Below, piece by piece: positions 1-8,129 of a stretch of 64,000 bases of DNA (its first letter is position 1; every line of letters begins with the position of its first letter). Source of the stretch: Bacteroidales bacterium UBA1208. GTDB lineage: Bacteria; Bacteroidota; Bacteroidia; Bacteroidales; P3. Below the pieces are notes generated by a model. The model saw nothing but the letters and a program-made list of their open reading frames with translations. It did not search any database and was not told where the DNA came from. Both the position numbers and the translations under genes were made by a program. Location: assembly GCA_002309955.1 (NCBI GenBank), contig DBXQ01000102.1, positions 32,096 to 96,095 of the forward strand, written 5' to 3'.

Positions 1-464
1 GTGGTTGCGAGAAATTGGAGTCGCTCACCCTTCCCAGCGATTTTACCACAGCAAGTGTTACGACAATGGAAGGTATGTTTAAAAATTGTAAAAAGTTTAC
101 GACACTCGACCTTTCCCAATTCAACACTGCCAATGTAAAAGTTATGGCACAGATGTTTTACAATTGTGAAAAAATGCAGGAACTCAGATTGGGTACTGAT
201 TTCACCATGGCCACTGTTGAGGCGAACCTTGGTAATTACGATTCCCAGAACAATCTCATAGGAAGATATGGGAATATGTTCTATTTTACAGGCAAAACTG
301 CAAACGGGAATCCGTCGCAGAGATGTACGGTCTATTGTACATCGGACGTGCAAGAGTTTTTTGCAGACGATAGGGATGGCGTTATAAATCAAACTTATAG
401 TCATATTGCTGTGAATAATGCCCATGCTGATTATTGCATATTTACAGATATTGTATCCCAATAA
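1..464 (+). CDS. BspA-type leucine-rich-repeat surface protein, C-terminal part (5' end upstream of window)
   Basis: The frame is open back to position 3 (GCEKLESLTLPSDF...). The listed TTG at 15 is probably internal. Repeated F..C..L..LDLS.FNT..V..M..MF..C units resemble DUF285/BspA LRRs. A hairpin terminator follows the stop. Confidence 0.6.
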   Translation, partial: GCEKLESLTLPSDFTTASVTTMEGMFKNCKKFTTLDLSQFNTANVKVMAQMFYNCEKMQELRLGTDFTMATVEANLGNYDSQNNLIGRYGNMFYFTGKTANGNPSQRCTVYCTSDVQEFFADDRDGVINQTYSHIAVNNAHADYCIFTDIVSQ

Positions 465-489
465 GTACTTTTCTGATAACAGATATTTG

Positions 490-527
490 CGAGGGTGTCC
501 TGAAAGACGGGACACCCTCGTCGTTTT
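490..527 (+). terminator. Rho-independent terminator
   Basis: cgagggtgtcc / ggacaccctcg form an 11-bp perfect stem with an 9-nt loop, followed by tcgtttt. Confidence 0.6.
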
Positions 528-703
528 ACGGACACGCCGAAAAAAGACTTCATGAATGCAGGCATTCGGCCTATACAAAACGTGATGTAATTGGGGGAAG
601 TTGGCCTTTTCAATGCGGTTACGATACAAATTGTACCAGCGTTTTTTTATGCATGGGAAATGAAAAAAACATACCATTTAACATTTATTTAAAAAAAGTT
701 TCG

Positions 704-711
704 TATATTTG
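704..711 (+). promoter_or_regulatory. Bacteroidota -7 promoter box (TAnnTTTG)
   Basis: TATATTTG lies 43 nt upstream of the ATG at 754. Confidence 0.45.
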
Positions 712-753
712 CAAATCCATTTTATCATTCAATAACGTAAAACCTATTATATC

Positions 754-1095
754 ATGACACTGCGAGAAATAGTAGAAAAACTAAACGCTACGGTGTATCT
801 CGGTGAAGACCGTTTGGACGAAGATGTGACCACTGCATTTGCATCCGACTTGATGAGTGATGTGTTGACGCTGAAAGATACGCCCATGCTCATAACGGGA
901 CTCTGCAATGTGCAAACTATTAGAACGTGCGATATGGCTACGCTCGACATTGTGGTTTTTGTGCGAAACAAAAAGCCGACAGCCGATATGGTGGAACTGG
1001 CCGAGGACAACGATATGGTGCTGATTGCTACCAGTTATTCGATGTTCAAGACTTGTGGTCTGTTGTTTGATGCTGGCATTCAGCCTTTGTATTAA
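754..1095 (+). CDS. DRTGG domain protein (hydrogenase-associated regulatory module)
   Basis: 113 aa, MTLREIVEKLNA..VYLGED.LDEDVT.AFASDLMSDVL. It is paralogous to the ORF at 40212-40547 and is the first gene of a three-gene co-directional cluster. Confidence 0.7.
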   Translation: MTLREIVEKLNATVYLGEDRLDEDVTTAFASDLMSDVLTLKDTPMLITGLCNVQTIRTCDMATLDIVVFVRNKKPTADMVELAEDNDMVLIATSYSMFKTCGLLFDAGIQPLY

Positions 1096-1113
1096 TTGAA
1101 TCTTTTTTGAGAT

Positions 1114-1527
1114 ATGCATCAAGAATATACTGTTATTGAAGGCGATTTTACGAATGCCGGTACTGCATCGAGTTCTGTTAAGAAAACATTGAAGCAGTTG
1201 GGGGTAGCCCCTCCGATTGTGAAACGTGTAGTTGTAGCACTTTACGAAGCTGAAGTCAACGCCATTGCCCATGCCTATGGCGGTAAGGTGTTGGTGGATA
1301 TTGAGGCTGACAAAATCCATATGGTTGTGGCCGACAAGGGTCCTGGAATACCCGACATCGCGCAAGCCATGCAGGAAGGTTACTCTACGGCACGGCCAGA
1401 GGTGCGCGATATGGGATTTGGCGCAGGAATGGGGTTGCCCAACATGCAGAAGAATGTCGATGTGCTTAACGTCACCAGTGAGGTTGGTGTTGGCACAACG
1501 GTTGACATGATTGTAAATTTCGTTTAA
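1114..1527 (+). CDS. GHKL-type ATPase / SpoIIAB-like anti-sigma-type serine kinase
   Basis: N-box EAEVNAIAHA, G1 box DKGPGI and G2 box GFGAGMGL. The protein is small (137 aa), a single HATPase_c-like domain. Confidence 0.7.
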   Translation: MHQEYTVIEGDFTNAGTASSSVKKTLKQLGVAPPIVKRVVVALYEAEVNAIAHAYGGKVLVDIEADKIHMVVADKGPGIPDIAQAMQEGYSTARPEVRDMGFGAGMGLPNMQKNVDVLNVTSEVGVGTTVDMIVNFV

Positions 1528-1548
1528 CCGCATAATACTGAAGTACTC

Positions 1549-2922
1549 ATGTTTTACCATGCCCTTGAAATTGATGACGGCAATTGTATTGGCTGTTCGC
1601 GTTGCATGAAAATCTGTCCTACCGAGGCTATCCGCATCAGCAACGGTAAGGCGTTTATCATGGAAGACCGCTGTATAGACTGTGGCAAGTGTCACCAAGC
1701 ATGTCCGGTCGATGCTATTTTTATCAAGCAAGACGACTTCAAGATGGTGCATGAGTTTCCGCATTCGGTGGCATTGTTGCCAGCTGTGTTTTTGGGTCAG
1801 TTTCCTGACGATATCCGTGTGTCGCGGATTTATGCCGCCTTGAAGGATCTTGGGTTTAAACATGTCTTTGAGGTGGAGTCGGCAGCAAGCATTTATGCCG
1901 ATGCCAAGCATCGGTATGCCCGTGAACACCAGGACGACGAGCCGTTGATTTCCAGTTTTTGTCCGGCCATTGTGCGGTTGATACAAATCAAGTATCCTTC
2001 GTTGGTGAGCAATATCATGCCGGTGAAGGCTCCGCTCGACATTTCGGCTATGTATGTTTTGAAACTGTTGACCGAGGAGCGCGGTGTGCCACGTGAGGAG
2101 ATCGGGTTGTTCTATGTAACCCCGTGTGCCGCCAAGATTGCAGCTGTCAAGGCTCCCGTGGGGGAGAAACGCTCTATTATAGACGGGGTTATTAATATGG
2201 ACTCGCTCTTTAACAAGGTTTACCGCAAAATCAAGGAACAAGGCAAGGGCTATTCATATACTGCTTTGCAGACTCCTCAGCTTTCGGCTGATGCTATCCT
2301 CTCCACCTTGACTAATGGCGAACGGCGCATCTGTTTGGCTAAGCGTTCCTATGCTATCGATGGTATAGAGAATGTGATGGATTTTCTTGACAAGCTGGAA
2401 AACGATGAGGTGGAGGGTGTAGAATTTCTGGAGTTGAGGGCTTGTGACCAGAGTTGCGCAGGTGCCTTGCTGTCGTGCGAGAACCGGTTTCTTTGTGGCG
2501 AGCGTATGTATGCCCGTGCTCGAAAAGCGGCTGAGCGTGAACGCAACGGCGAGGTGGCCAGGGCTCGTGAGATGGATGCCTATAAGGATTATCTCATTGA
2601 GAACGCCTTCGCCGAGCCGGCACAGGCTCGCTCGATGCTGACATTGGACAAGGATCTTGCCAAAGCATATCAGAAATTGGAGAGAATCAATAAACTGAAG
2701 ATGTATCTGCCACAGGTGGATTGTGGCATGTGCGGTGCACCTACATGCGAAGCTTTTGCCACCGATGTGGTATGCAAACAGGTCGGACTGACACGTTGCG
2801 TCTTTTATCAGCGCCATTTGGAGCGTCTTGACGACATTACACGGCAAGAGTGCCTCGCTGCCACCCGCTCCGTCTGGGGTGAGGATCCTATCGGCGACAA
2901 TGAACCGCCCGACGTGAAATGA
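1549..2922 (+). CDS. [FeFe]-hydrogenase-like protein, putative sensory/regulatory (2x[4Fe-4S] + degenerate H-cluster domain + C-terminal Cys cluster)
   Basis: Two CxxCxxCxxxCP motifs sit at the N-terminus. The H-cluster motifs are SSFCP (TSCCP in HydA), TPCAAK (MPCLAKK) and ELRACDQSCAG (EVMACPGGCIGG). The C-terminus carries CGMCGAPTCEAF..C..C. Confidence 0.8.
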   Translation: MFYHALEIDDGNCIGCSRCMKICPTEAIRISNGKAFIMEDRCIDCGKCHQACPVDAIFIKQDDFKMVHEFPHSVALLPAVFLGQFPDDIRVSRIYAALKDLGFKHVFEVESAASIYADAKHRYAREHQDDEPLISSFCPAIVRLIQIKYPSLVSNIMPVKAPLDISAMYVLKLLTEERGVPREEIGLFYVTPCAAKIAAVKAPVGEKRSIIDGVINMDSLFNKVYRKIKEQGKGYSYTALQTPQLSADAILSTLTNGERRICLAKRSYAIDGIENVMDFLDKLENDEVEGVEFLELRACDQSCAGALLSCENRFLCGERMYARARKAAERERNGEVARAREMDAYKDYLIENAFAEPAQARSMLTLDKDLAKAYQKLERINKLKMYLPQVDCGMCGAPTCEAFATDVVCKQVGLTRCVFYQRHLERLDDITRQECLAATRSVWGEDPIGDNEPPDVK

Positions 2923-2993
2923 CTGATTTGATATTGGAATGTCGGTGAGGGTTTGTTTCATTTATACCCTTCACCGGTTGCCGAAGAGATAAA

Positions 2994-3035
2994 AAGAGAA
3001 GGCAAAACTCGATGGTTTTGCCTTCTCTTGTTTTG
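2994..3035. terminator. Bidirectional hairpin terminator between convergent genes
   Basis: aagagaaggcaaaac / gttttgccttctctt form a 15-bp stem, flanked by an A-run on the left and a T-run on the right. Confidence 0.7.
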
Positions 3036-3047
3036 TATTTGGATTTG

Positions 3048-4388
3048 TTACAAGAATAAGTAGCGGGCGATGAAGAGTACGGCCAAAATCCACATGGTGA
3101 CGGAAATTTTCTTGGCTTTGCCGCAGAGGGCGTTAATAAGGACGTAGGAGATCATGCCAATGAGGATGCCGTCGCTGATACTGTAGCAGAGGGGCATGAG
3201 GATGATGGTGAGGAATGCAGGGATAGACTCACTGTAGTCGTCAAGGTCAATCTGCTTGATGGGGCTGAGCATCATAAGACCAACGATGACCAGTGCAGCA
3301 GTAGTGGCAGCAGAGGGGATGTGGGTGAAGATGGGGGCAAAGAAGATAGCGATGATAAAGCAACAGACCGTTGAAAAAGCGGTGAGGCCGGTACGACCAC
3401 CGGCACCGACACCAGCGGCACTCTCCACATAAGTGGTAGTGGTAGAAGTGCCGAGGCAGGCTCCGCAAGTGGTGGCAACGGCGTCGGCCATGAAGACTTT
3501 GTTGATGCCGTCGATGTTGCCTTTCTCGTCGACCATGCCGGCTTTCTGGGAGACACCGATAACAGTTCCCATGGTGTCGAACATGTCAATAAAGAGGAAG
3601 GTGAAGAGCACAACGAGCATGTCGAGTGAAAGTATCTCATTCCATTGGAACTGGAAGAAGATGGGTGCGACCGAAGGAGGCACGTCGACCACTTTGTCGA
3701 ATACTGTGAGGGCACCGTAGGTGACAGTGCCGTCAGCTCCGGGAATCTGCCAAATGGGGAGCATGCCCAGAAGAGCGGTGGCGATAATGCCTATGAGAAT
3801 ATTGCCGGGAACCTTGAGGATGAGGAGTACAGCGGTGATGACAATGCCGATGATGGCCAAGAGCGCTGTGCCGTGGCAGATGTTGCCCAGTCCGACCAAT
3901 GTGGCGTCGTTGTCGACGATGATGCCGCCGTTCTTCAGTCCGATGAAGGCGATGAAGAGACCGATACCAGCACCGATGGCGTGACGTAGGTTCATGGGAA
4001 TGGCATCAACAATCCATTGGCGCACTTTGGTGAGGGTGAGGATGATGAAAATAATGCCTTCAAGGAAGATGGCTGTCAGGGCGAACTGCCATGAGTGTCC
4101 CATGCCGATACAGACACCGAACACAAAGAAGGCGTTGAGACCCATGCCGGGAGCCAGAGCGAAAGGTTTTTTGGCATAGATGGCCATGACCAAGGTACCG
4201 ATGATGGCGGCCAAAGCCGTTGCTGTGAACACAGCGTTGGTGGGCATGCCTTGGTCTGCCAAAGCGCTGAAAATGCCAGGGTTCACAGCCAGAATATATG
4301 CCATGGCCAAGAAGGTGGTAATACCTGCCACTATCTCGGTTCTGACGTTATGTACTGCGGAATCGAATCCGAATAACTTCTTTAACAT
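3048..4388 (-). CDS. NCS2/AzgA-family purine (adenine/guanine/hypoxanthine) permease
   Basis: 446 aa, polytopic. The N-terminus MLKKLFGFD....VRTEI.AG.TTFLAMAYILAVNP is typical of AzgA/PbuG-type permeases. Confidence 0.85.
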   Translation of the reverse strand: MLKKLFGFDSAVHNVRTEIVAGITTFLAMAYILAVNPGIFSALADQGMPTNAVFTATALAAIIGTLVMAIYAKKPFALAPGMGLNAFFVFGVCIGMGHSWQFALTAIFLEGIIFIILTLTKVRQWIVDAIPMNLRHAIGAGIGLFIAFIGLKNGGIIVDNDATLVGLGNICHGTALLAIIGIVITAVLLILKVPGNILIGIIATALLGMLPIWQIPGADGTVTYGALTVFDKVVDVPPSVAPIFFQFQWNEILSLDMLVVLFTFLFIDMFDTMGTVIGVSQKAGMVDEKGNIDGINKVFMADAVATTCGACLGTSTTTTYVESAAGVGAGGRTGLTAFSTVCCFIIAIFFAPIFTHIPSAATTAALVIVGLMMLSPIKQIDLDDYSESIPAFLTIILMPLCYSISDGILIGMISYVLINALCGKAKKISVTMWILAVLFIARYLFL

Positions 4389-4431
4389 AATGTTTTGGTA
4401 TTATCCTTAATATTTGATTTTAGTATTCGTC

Positions 4432-5208
4432 TTAGAAAGCCCATTTGATGCCTGCGCAGGGAGCCACGTTGAAGCCTTTGTTGAGGGCGAAGTCGGCACC
4501 GCTGTGCCATCCACCGGCAAAGTTGTAGGCCAGTTCCACTTCGCCGCCAATCATCAGGTGATTGCAGCCAAAGTGCTGACCGATGTTGTACCAAATCTGG
4601 GGTTCGGAGAGGATGACCAGCTTGGTGTTGTCCCATTTCAGGTTGTTGTCAACACCCCAGTTGACGTTTTCTCCCCAAACATCGAGGAAACCACTGAACG
4701 TAAGACCTTTCACGCCAAAGAGGTTCTGCATGCCCCACACAAAGGTGAACTGGATGGGAATGTCGCTAACTTTGTCGAAGGGACGGAGGGCAGCGGGCGT
4801 GTTGTTAAGGTCTTTCTGTCCGCTGATGCGCTTGTACATCAGTTCGAAGGTGAAAGTGTTGGTGTAGCTCTCATTGTGGAGGAAGTACTCAATACCGAAC
4901 AACCATGCGTTGCTGGCGAACTGTCCGCCGTTCCACTCCACATGGAGGCTGAGGGGTGCGAGGGGTGTGTGTTGCCACAAGTTGATGGCACGGGCTATCT
5001 CGGTGTAGTAGCCAGTGGGTGCGAGAGCGTCGGTGGGATGGTAGATGTCGTTGAAGAAGAAGGTGCTACCGAAATCGTCGCTCTTAAACATTTCGAGAGT
5101 GGTAGTGAGGTGACCGCGATTGAAGTCATACATCTCTTGAATGTTGGTCTGGGCTTTTGCTCCGACCACTGCCAGCAGCATGGCTGCAAGGAATACTACT
5201 TTTTTCAT
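4432..5208 (-). CDS. Tsx-like / DUF5020-type outer-membrane beta-barrel (nucleoside channel candidate)
   Basis: I start it at the internal ATG (5206-5208), which gives the signal peptide MKKVVFLAAMLLAVVGAKAQ. The sequence is rich in aromatic beta-strand patterns and ends in IKWAF. It is adjacent to the purine permease. Confidence 0.6.
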   Translation of the reverse strand: MKKVVFLAAMLLAVVGAKAQTNIQEMYDFNRGHLTTTLEMFKSDDFGSTFFFNDIYHPTDALAPTGYYTEIARAINLWQHTPLAPLSLHVEWNGGQFASNAWLFGIEYFLHNESYTNTFTFELMYKRISGQKDLNNTPAALRPFDKVSDIPIQFTFVWGMQNLFGVKGLTFSGFLDVWGENVNWGVDNNLKWDNTKLVILSEPQIWYNIGQHFGCNHLMIGGEVELAYNFAGGWHSGADFALNKGFNVAPCAGIKWAF

Positions 5209-5282
5209 GGTGGTACTTTTTTGGTTGATAATAATTGGATTATAAAATATTTTTAACATTTTAATCCCGCTAAAAGACACTG

Positions 5283-5290
5283 CAAATATA
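5283..5290 (-). promoter_or_regulatory. Bacteroidota -7 promoter box
   Basis: TATATTTG on the minus strand, about 75 nt upstream of the start at 5208. Confidence 0.4.
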
Positions 5291-5394
5291 CAAAGAAAAA
5301 ATGATGCTGCCAAATTTTTAACATTTTGGGGAAAGTGTGTGCTGCCCGAAATATATGAATGTCTGTGTCGTTCGTCTGTCGTAAGCCCGAATCT

Positions 5395-5560
5395 ATCCCT
5401 TGGTTCGCTCATCCATCGTTCGTTTTACCTTCAGCGAGGAATAAGTGATGGTACAAAGAGCAGGGAAGGGTGGTTGAAGGAACAGGGGTGGGGTTGGTTG
5501 GAGCCGGGTAGGTGTGTTCTGTCTGGCGGGGAATGGCCGCTTTGGATTTGGCAGGCCTCT
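5395..5560 (+). repeat. Degenerate copy of the G-rich part of the dispersed repeat family
   Basis: Shares catccatcgtt..., gggaagggtggttgaagga and caggggtggggttgg with the repeat copies at 13.8, 38.8 and 53.0 kb. The G-rich strand is the + strand. Confidence 0.35.
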
Positions 5561-5592
5561 CCGGAAAGAGAAAGCAGAAGTGTGGCAAGTGA

Positions 5593-7530
5593 CTATTGGC
5601 CGTGGGTTTCCTGTTGTTCTTTATCGGAGGCAGGGGGTGGGAGGGTGATGAAATCGCCGTGGGCTTGGAAGTGCTCGATGAGTTGGGCATAGAAGCGGTG
5701 TCGGGAGAGGGTCTCGGCGTTGCCGACGACGATGAGTTTCATGCGGGCACGGGTGATGGCCACGTTCATGCGGCGCAGGTCGTGGAGAAATCCGATGGTG
5801 CCCTGATCGTTGTCGCGAACCATGCTGATAATGATAACGTCGCGTTCCTGACCCTGGAAGCCGTCGACACTGTTGACTGAGATTTGGCCTCGCAGGGTGC
5901 GGAAGTATTTCTGCCATTTGAGTAGGCGCCGTATTAAGCGCACTTGGGCTCGGTAGGGCGATATGATGCCGAAGTCGATGCGTTCGTCTTGAATGCGGGT
6001 GATGCCTATCATTTCGATATAGTCGCGCAACAGATGGATGAGCAGGCGCGCCTCTTCGGCATTTGAGCGGCTTAGTGTCCGGCTTTGTTTTTCGCCGAAT
6101 TGGCATTGCGAGGTGTCCACCCAAGTGAGAGGGGTGTCGAGTGGCGAGACGAGTCGGTCGGCCACTTGGGGTGCCGCAATAAGTTGGTTGTGGTAGAACC
6201 AGCGCGAGGGGAAGGCCATGATGTCTCGGTTCATACGGTACTGGGTGTTGAGTAGCGAGACACACTGCTGTTTGTGTTGTGCCACTTTTTGCATTAGGGT
6301 GTGATCCAGCCCTCCATGTGCGGCTTCGGGACATTTGATGGTGGGTGGAAGCTGTTGGTGGTCGCCGCTGAAAACAACACGGTCGGCTTTTAATATGGCG
6401 GCCCAGCAGGCGGGTTCGAGGGCTTGGGCGGCCTCGTCAATGAAGAGGGAGGAGAACCGACGGTGGTCAAGGATGCGATAGGCGCTTCCTATGAGGGTGC
6501 AGGAGACCACACGGGCTTGGTTGAAGAGGTCGGTCTGGATTCGGATTTCGAGTTCGGTGGCTCGTGAGCGCAATTTGGCAAGACGGGCTTTCCGTTCGCG
6601 CGACAGGTTGCTGTTCTCGTTGCTTCCGTGCAGGGTGCGCCGAATGTTCCATAGTTCGGAGTAGTCGGGGTGGTCGGCATAGCGGCGTTCAAAACTGCAT
6701 TGAAGCATTTCGTCGCTCATACGCAAGGGATTGCCAATGCGGAGTACGTTCACTCCACGGTGTGACAATTGTTCGCTAATCCAGTCGACGGCAGCGTTGC
6801 CCGGGGCGCAGACCATTACTTGGGTTTCGCGCTGAAGGGTCTCGATGATGGCTTCGACAAGGGTGGTTGTCTTGCCGGTTCCCGGAGGGCCGTGGATGAT
6901 GGCCACTTCTTGTGATTCAATCACTTTTTGCACGGCTTCTTGCTGGCTGGTGTTGAGCCACGGGAAGTTGAGCCGTGGCAGGCGACGGAAGTTGGGAGCA
7001 AGGGAGCCGATGAGTGTGTCGCGCAAGTGGATGAATTTCTCGTTGTCGCTGCGTATGGCTGTGCTGATGGCGTCGAGCATCACTTGGTAGCTGGTGGTGT
7101 CGATGCTGGTCTGGATGCCCAGAAGTTTGGTTTGGGCGGTGGCGCGGATTGATTGGAGCGACGATCGGTTGGGTATGGCCACGGTGAGCACCCCAACGCC
7201 TACTTGTTCAATGAAAAATTGAAAGGGCAGTTGGCGGATTTTGCGGTTGCTGTCGCTGAGGGTAAAGAATGCAACGGGTTTACCTGGTTCGAATTCACTG
7301 TCTACCTCGTCGTCCGCAACTTCGTAGGTGACTGTGATGACCAGCTGGTCGAGTGTGTTGTATGTTGTGTTTCCAAGGGTTACAGGATATCGACAGGAGG
7401 CTTCCTGCACTTGATTGGCGTAGTTGTCGCTGGCAAGGGTGCGGGCGTAGGCTTCCTGTTCGTATTTTATCTCCAAGTGGAGAAGGTCGGCCTGTTTTTG
7501 CAGTTGGGTGATAGGTGAGAGATGTTCCAT
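5593..7530 (-). CDS. Superfamily-1 helicase, DNA2/Upf1 (AAA_11/AAA_12)-like
   Basis: Walker A HGPPGTGKTTT, DEAAQ, GDHQQLPPT and the C-terminal VDGFQGQERDVIIIS...NVAITRAR motifs. Confidence 0.8.
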   Translation of the reverse strand: MEHLSPITQLQKQADLLHLEIKYEQEAYARTLASDNYANQVQEASCRYPVTLGNTTYNTLDQLVITVTYEVADDEVDSEFEPGKPVAFFTLSDSNRKIRQLPFQFFIEQVGVGVLTVAIPNRSSLQSIRATAQTKLLGIQTSIDTTSYQVMLDAISTAIRSDNEKFIHLRDTLIGSLAPNFRRLPRLNFPWLNTSQQEAVQKVIESQEVAIIHGPPGTGKTTTLVEAIIETLQRETQVMVCAPGNAAVDWISEQLSHRGVNVLRIGNPLRMSDEMLQCSFERRYADHPDYSELWNIRRTLHGSNENSNLSRERKARLAKLRSRATELEIRIQTDLFNQARVVSCTLIGSAYRILDHRRFSSLFIDEAAQALEPACWAAILKADRVVFSGDHQQLPPTIKCPEAAHGGLDHTLMQKVAQHKQQCVSLLNTQYRMNRDIMAFPSRWFYHNQLIAAPQVADRLVSPLDTPLTWVDTSQCQFGEKQSRTLSRSNAEEARLLIHLLRDYIEMIGITRIQDERIDFGIISPYRAQVRLIRRLLKWQKYFRTLRGQISVNSVDGFQGQERDVIIISMVRDNDQGTIGFLHDLRRMNVAITRARMKLIVVGNAETLSRHRFYAQLIEHFQAHGDFITLPPPASDKEQQETHGQ

Positions 7531-7598
7531 AAAGTTCCCTGTTAACGATGATTGAATAAAAATATTTTATAATGATTTGCTCAATCAAATAAATTGTG

Positions 7599-7606
7599 TA
7601 TCTTTG
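7599..7606 (+). promoter_or_regulatory. Bacteroidota -7 promoter box for the hydrogenase operon
   Basis: TATCTTTG, 113 nt upstream of the ATG at 7719. Confidence 0.5.
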
Positions 7607-7718
7607 CAGTGTACCCTGTACTTCGTGTATGGAGTATAGTATTATGTTTATCAATTATTTAAATTAATTATCAAGAAAATATTAATCCAAAATTAATCCA
7701 AAAATAAGGAGTTTTCAT

Positions 7719-8114
7719 ATGACAAAAGTAAAATCATTAGCTGACCTCAAAGCCATGAGAGAGAAGCTTCAGTCGAATCTGGATATTCGCGAGAAAGCAG
7801 AAAATCCCGAGTCGCTTGTGCAAATCAAAGTCGCTATGGCCACATGCGGTATTGCTGCTGGTGCCAAGCAAGTTATGGAACACATGATGGCGAAGGCTGA
7901 AGAGCTCAAGATTGCCGCTGTTTTTACACAGACAGGTTGCATGGGCTATTGCCATGCCGAGCCCACACTGGAAGTACGCGTTCCAGGTAAGGACCCCATC
8001 GTTTTCGGTCACGTAGACAACAATCGTGCTGACGAGATTTTGACCAAATATGTCATGAATGGCGAATTGGTCGAGGGTATCATTCCTGTCAATTACGAAA
8101 CTATAGACAAATAA
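7719..8114 (+). CDS. Thioredoxin-like [2Fe-2S] ferredoxin-domain protein (hydrogenase operon)
   Basis: 131 aa, with Cys pattern MATCGIAAGA ... TGCMGYCHAEP. It is the first gene of a four-gene operon. Confidence 0.8.
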   Translation: MTKVKSLADLKAMREKLQSNLDIREKAENPESLVQIKVAMATCGIAAGAKQVMEHMMAKAEELKIAAVFTQTGCMGYCHAEPTLEVRVPGKDPIVFGHVDNNRADEILTKYVMNGELVEGIIPVNYETIDK

Positions 8115-8129
8115 TACGGAGGACACACT

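Noticed and set aside
781-2241. A 486-aa minus-strand ORF.
   Set aside because: It runs antisense across three separate well-supported + strand genes (DRTGG, GHKL kinase, HydS-like), including their intergenic gaps. It has no recognisable motifs.
4414-5256. A 280-aa plus-strand ORF.
   Set aside because: It is antisense to the Tsx-like porin gene, which has a signal peptide and a C-terminal aromatic residue. The + frame product is Val/Gly/Glu-rich and featureless.
4432-5412. Long N-terminal extensions given by the ORF track. The cases are 4432-5412, 12906-13655, 15433-17370, 22923-24356, 26039-26620, 26502-26846, 26750-27175, 33937-35427, 39716-40189 and 57257-58366.
   Set aside because: In each case an internal ATG yields a canonical signal peptide, lipobox or family-typical N-terminus and sits just downstream of a TAnnTTTG box. 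The extensions would run through promoters or neighbouring genes.
5339-5692. ORFs of 117 and 93 aa in the helicase-porin intergenic region, and a 102-aa ORF at 52975-53283.
   Set aside because: They fall in strand-skewed G-rich/C-rich repeat-derived tracts. They have no promoter or start context and their composition is implausible.
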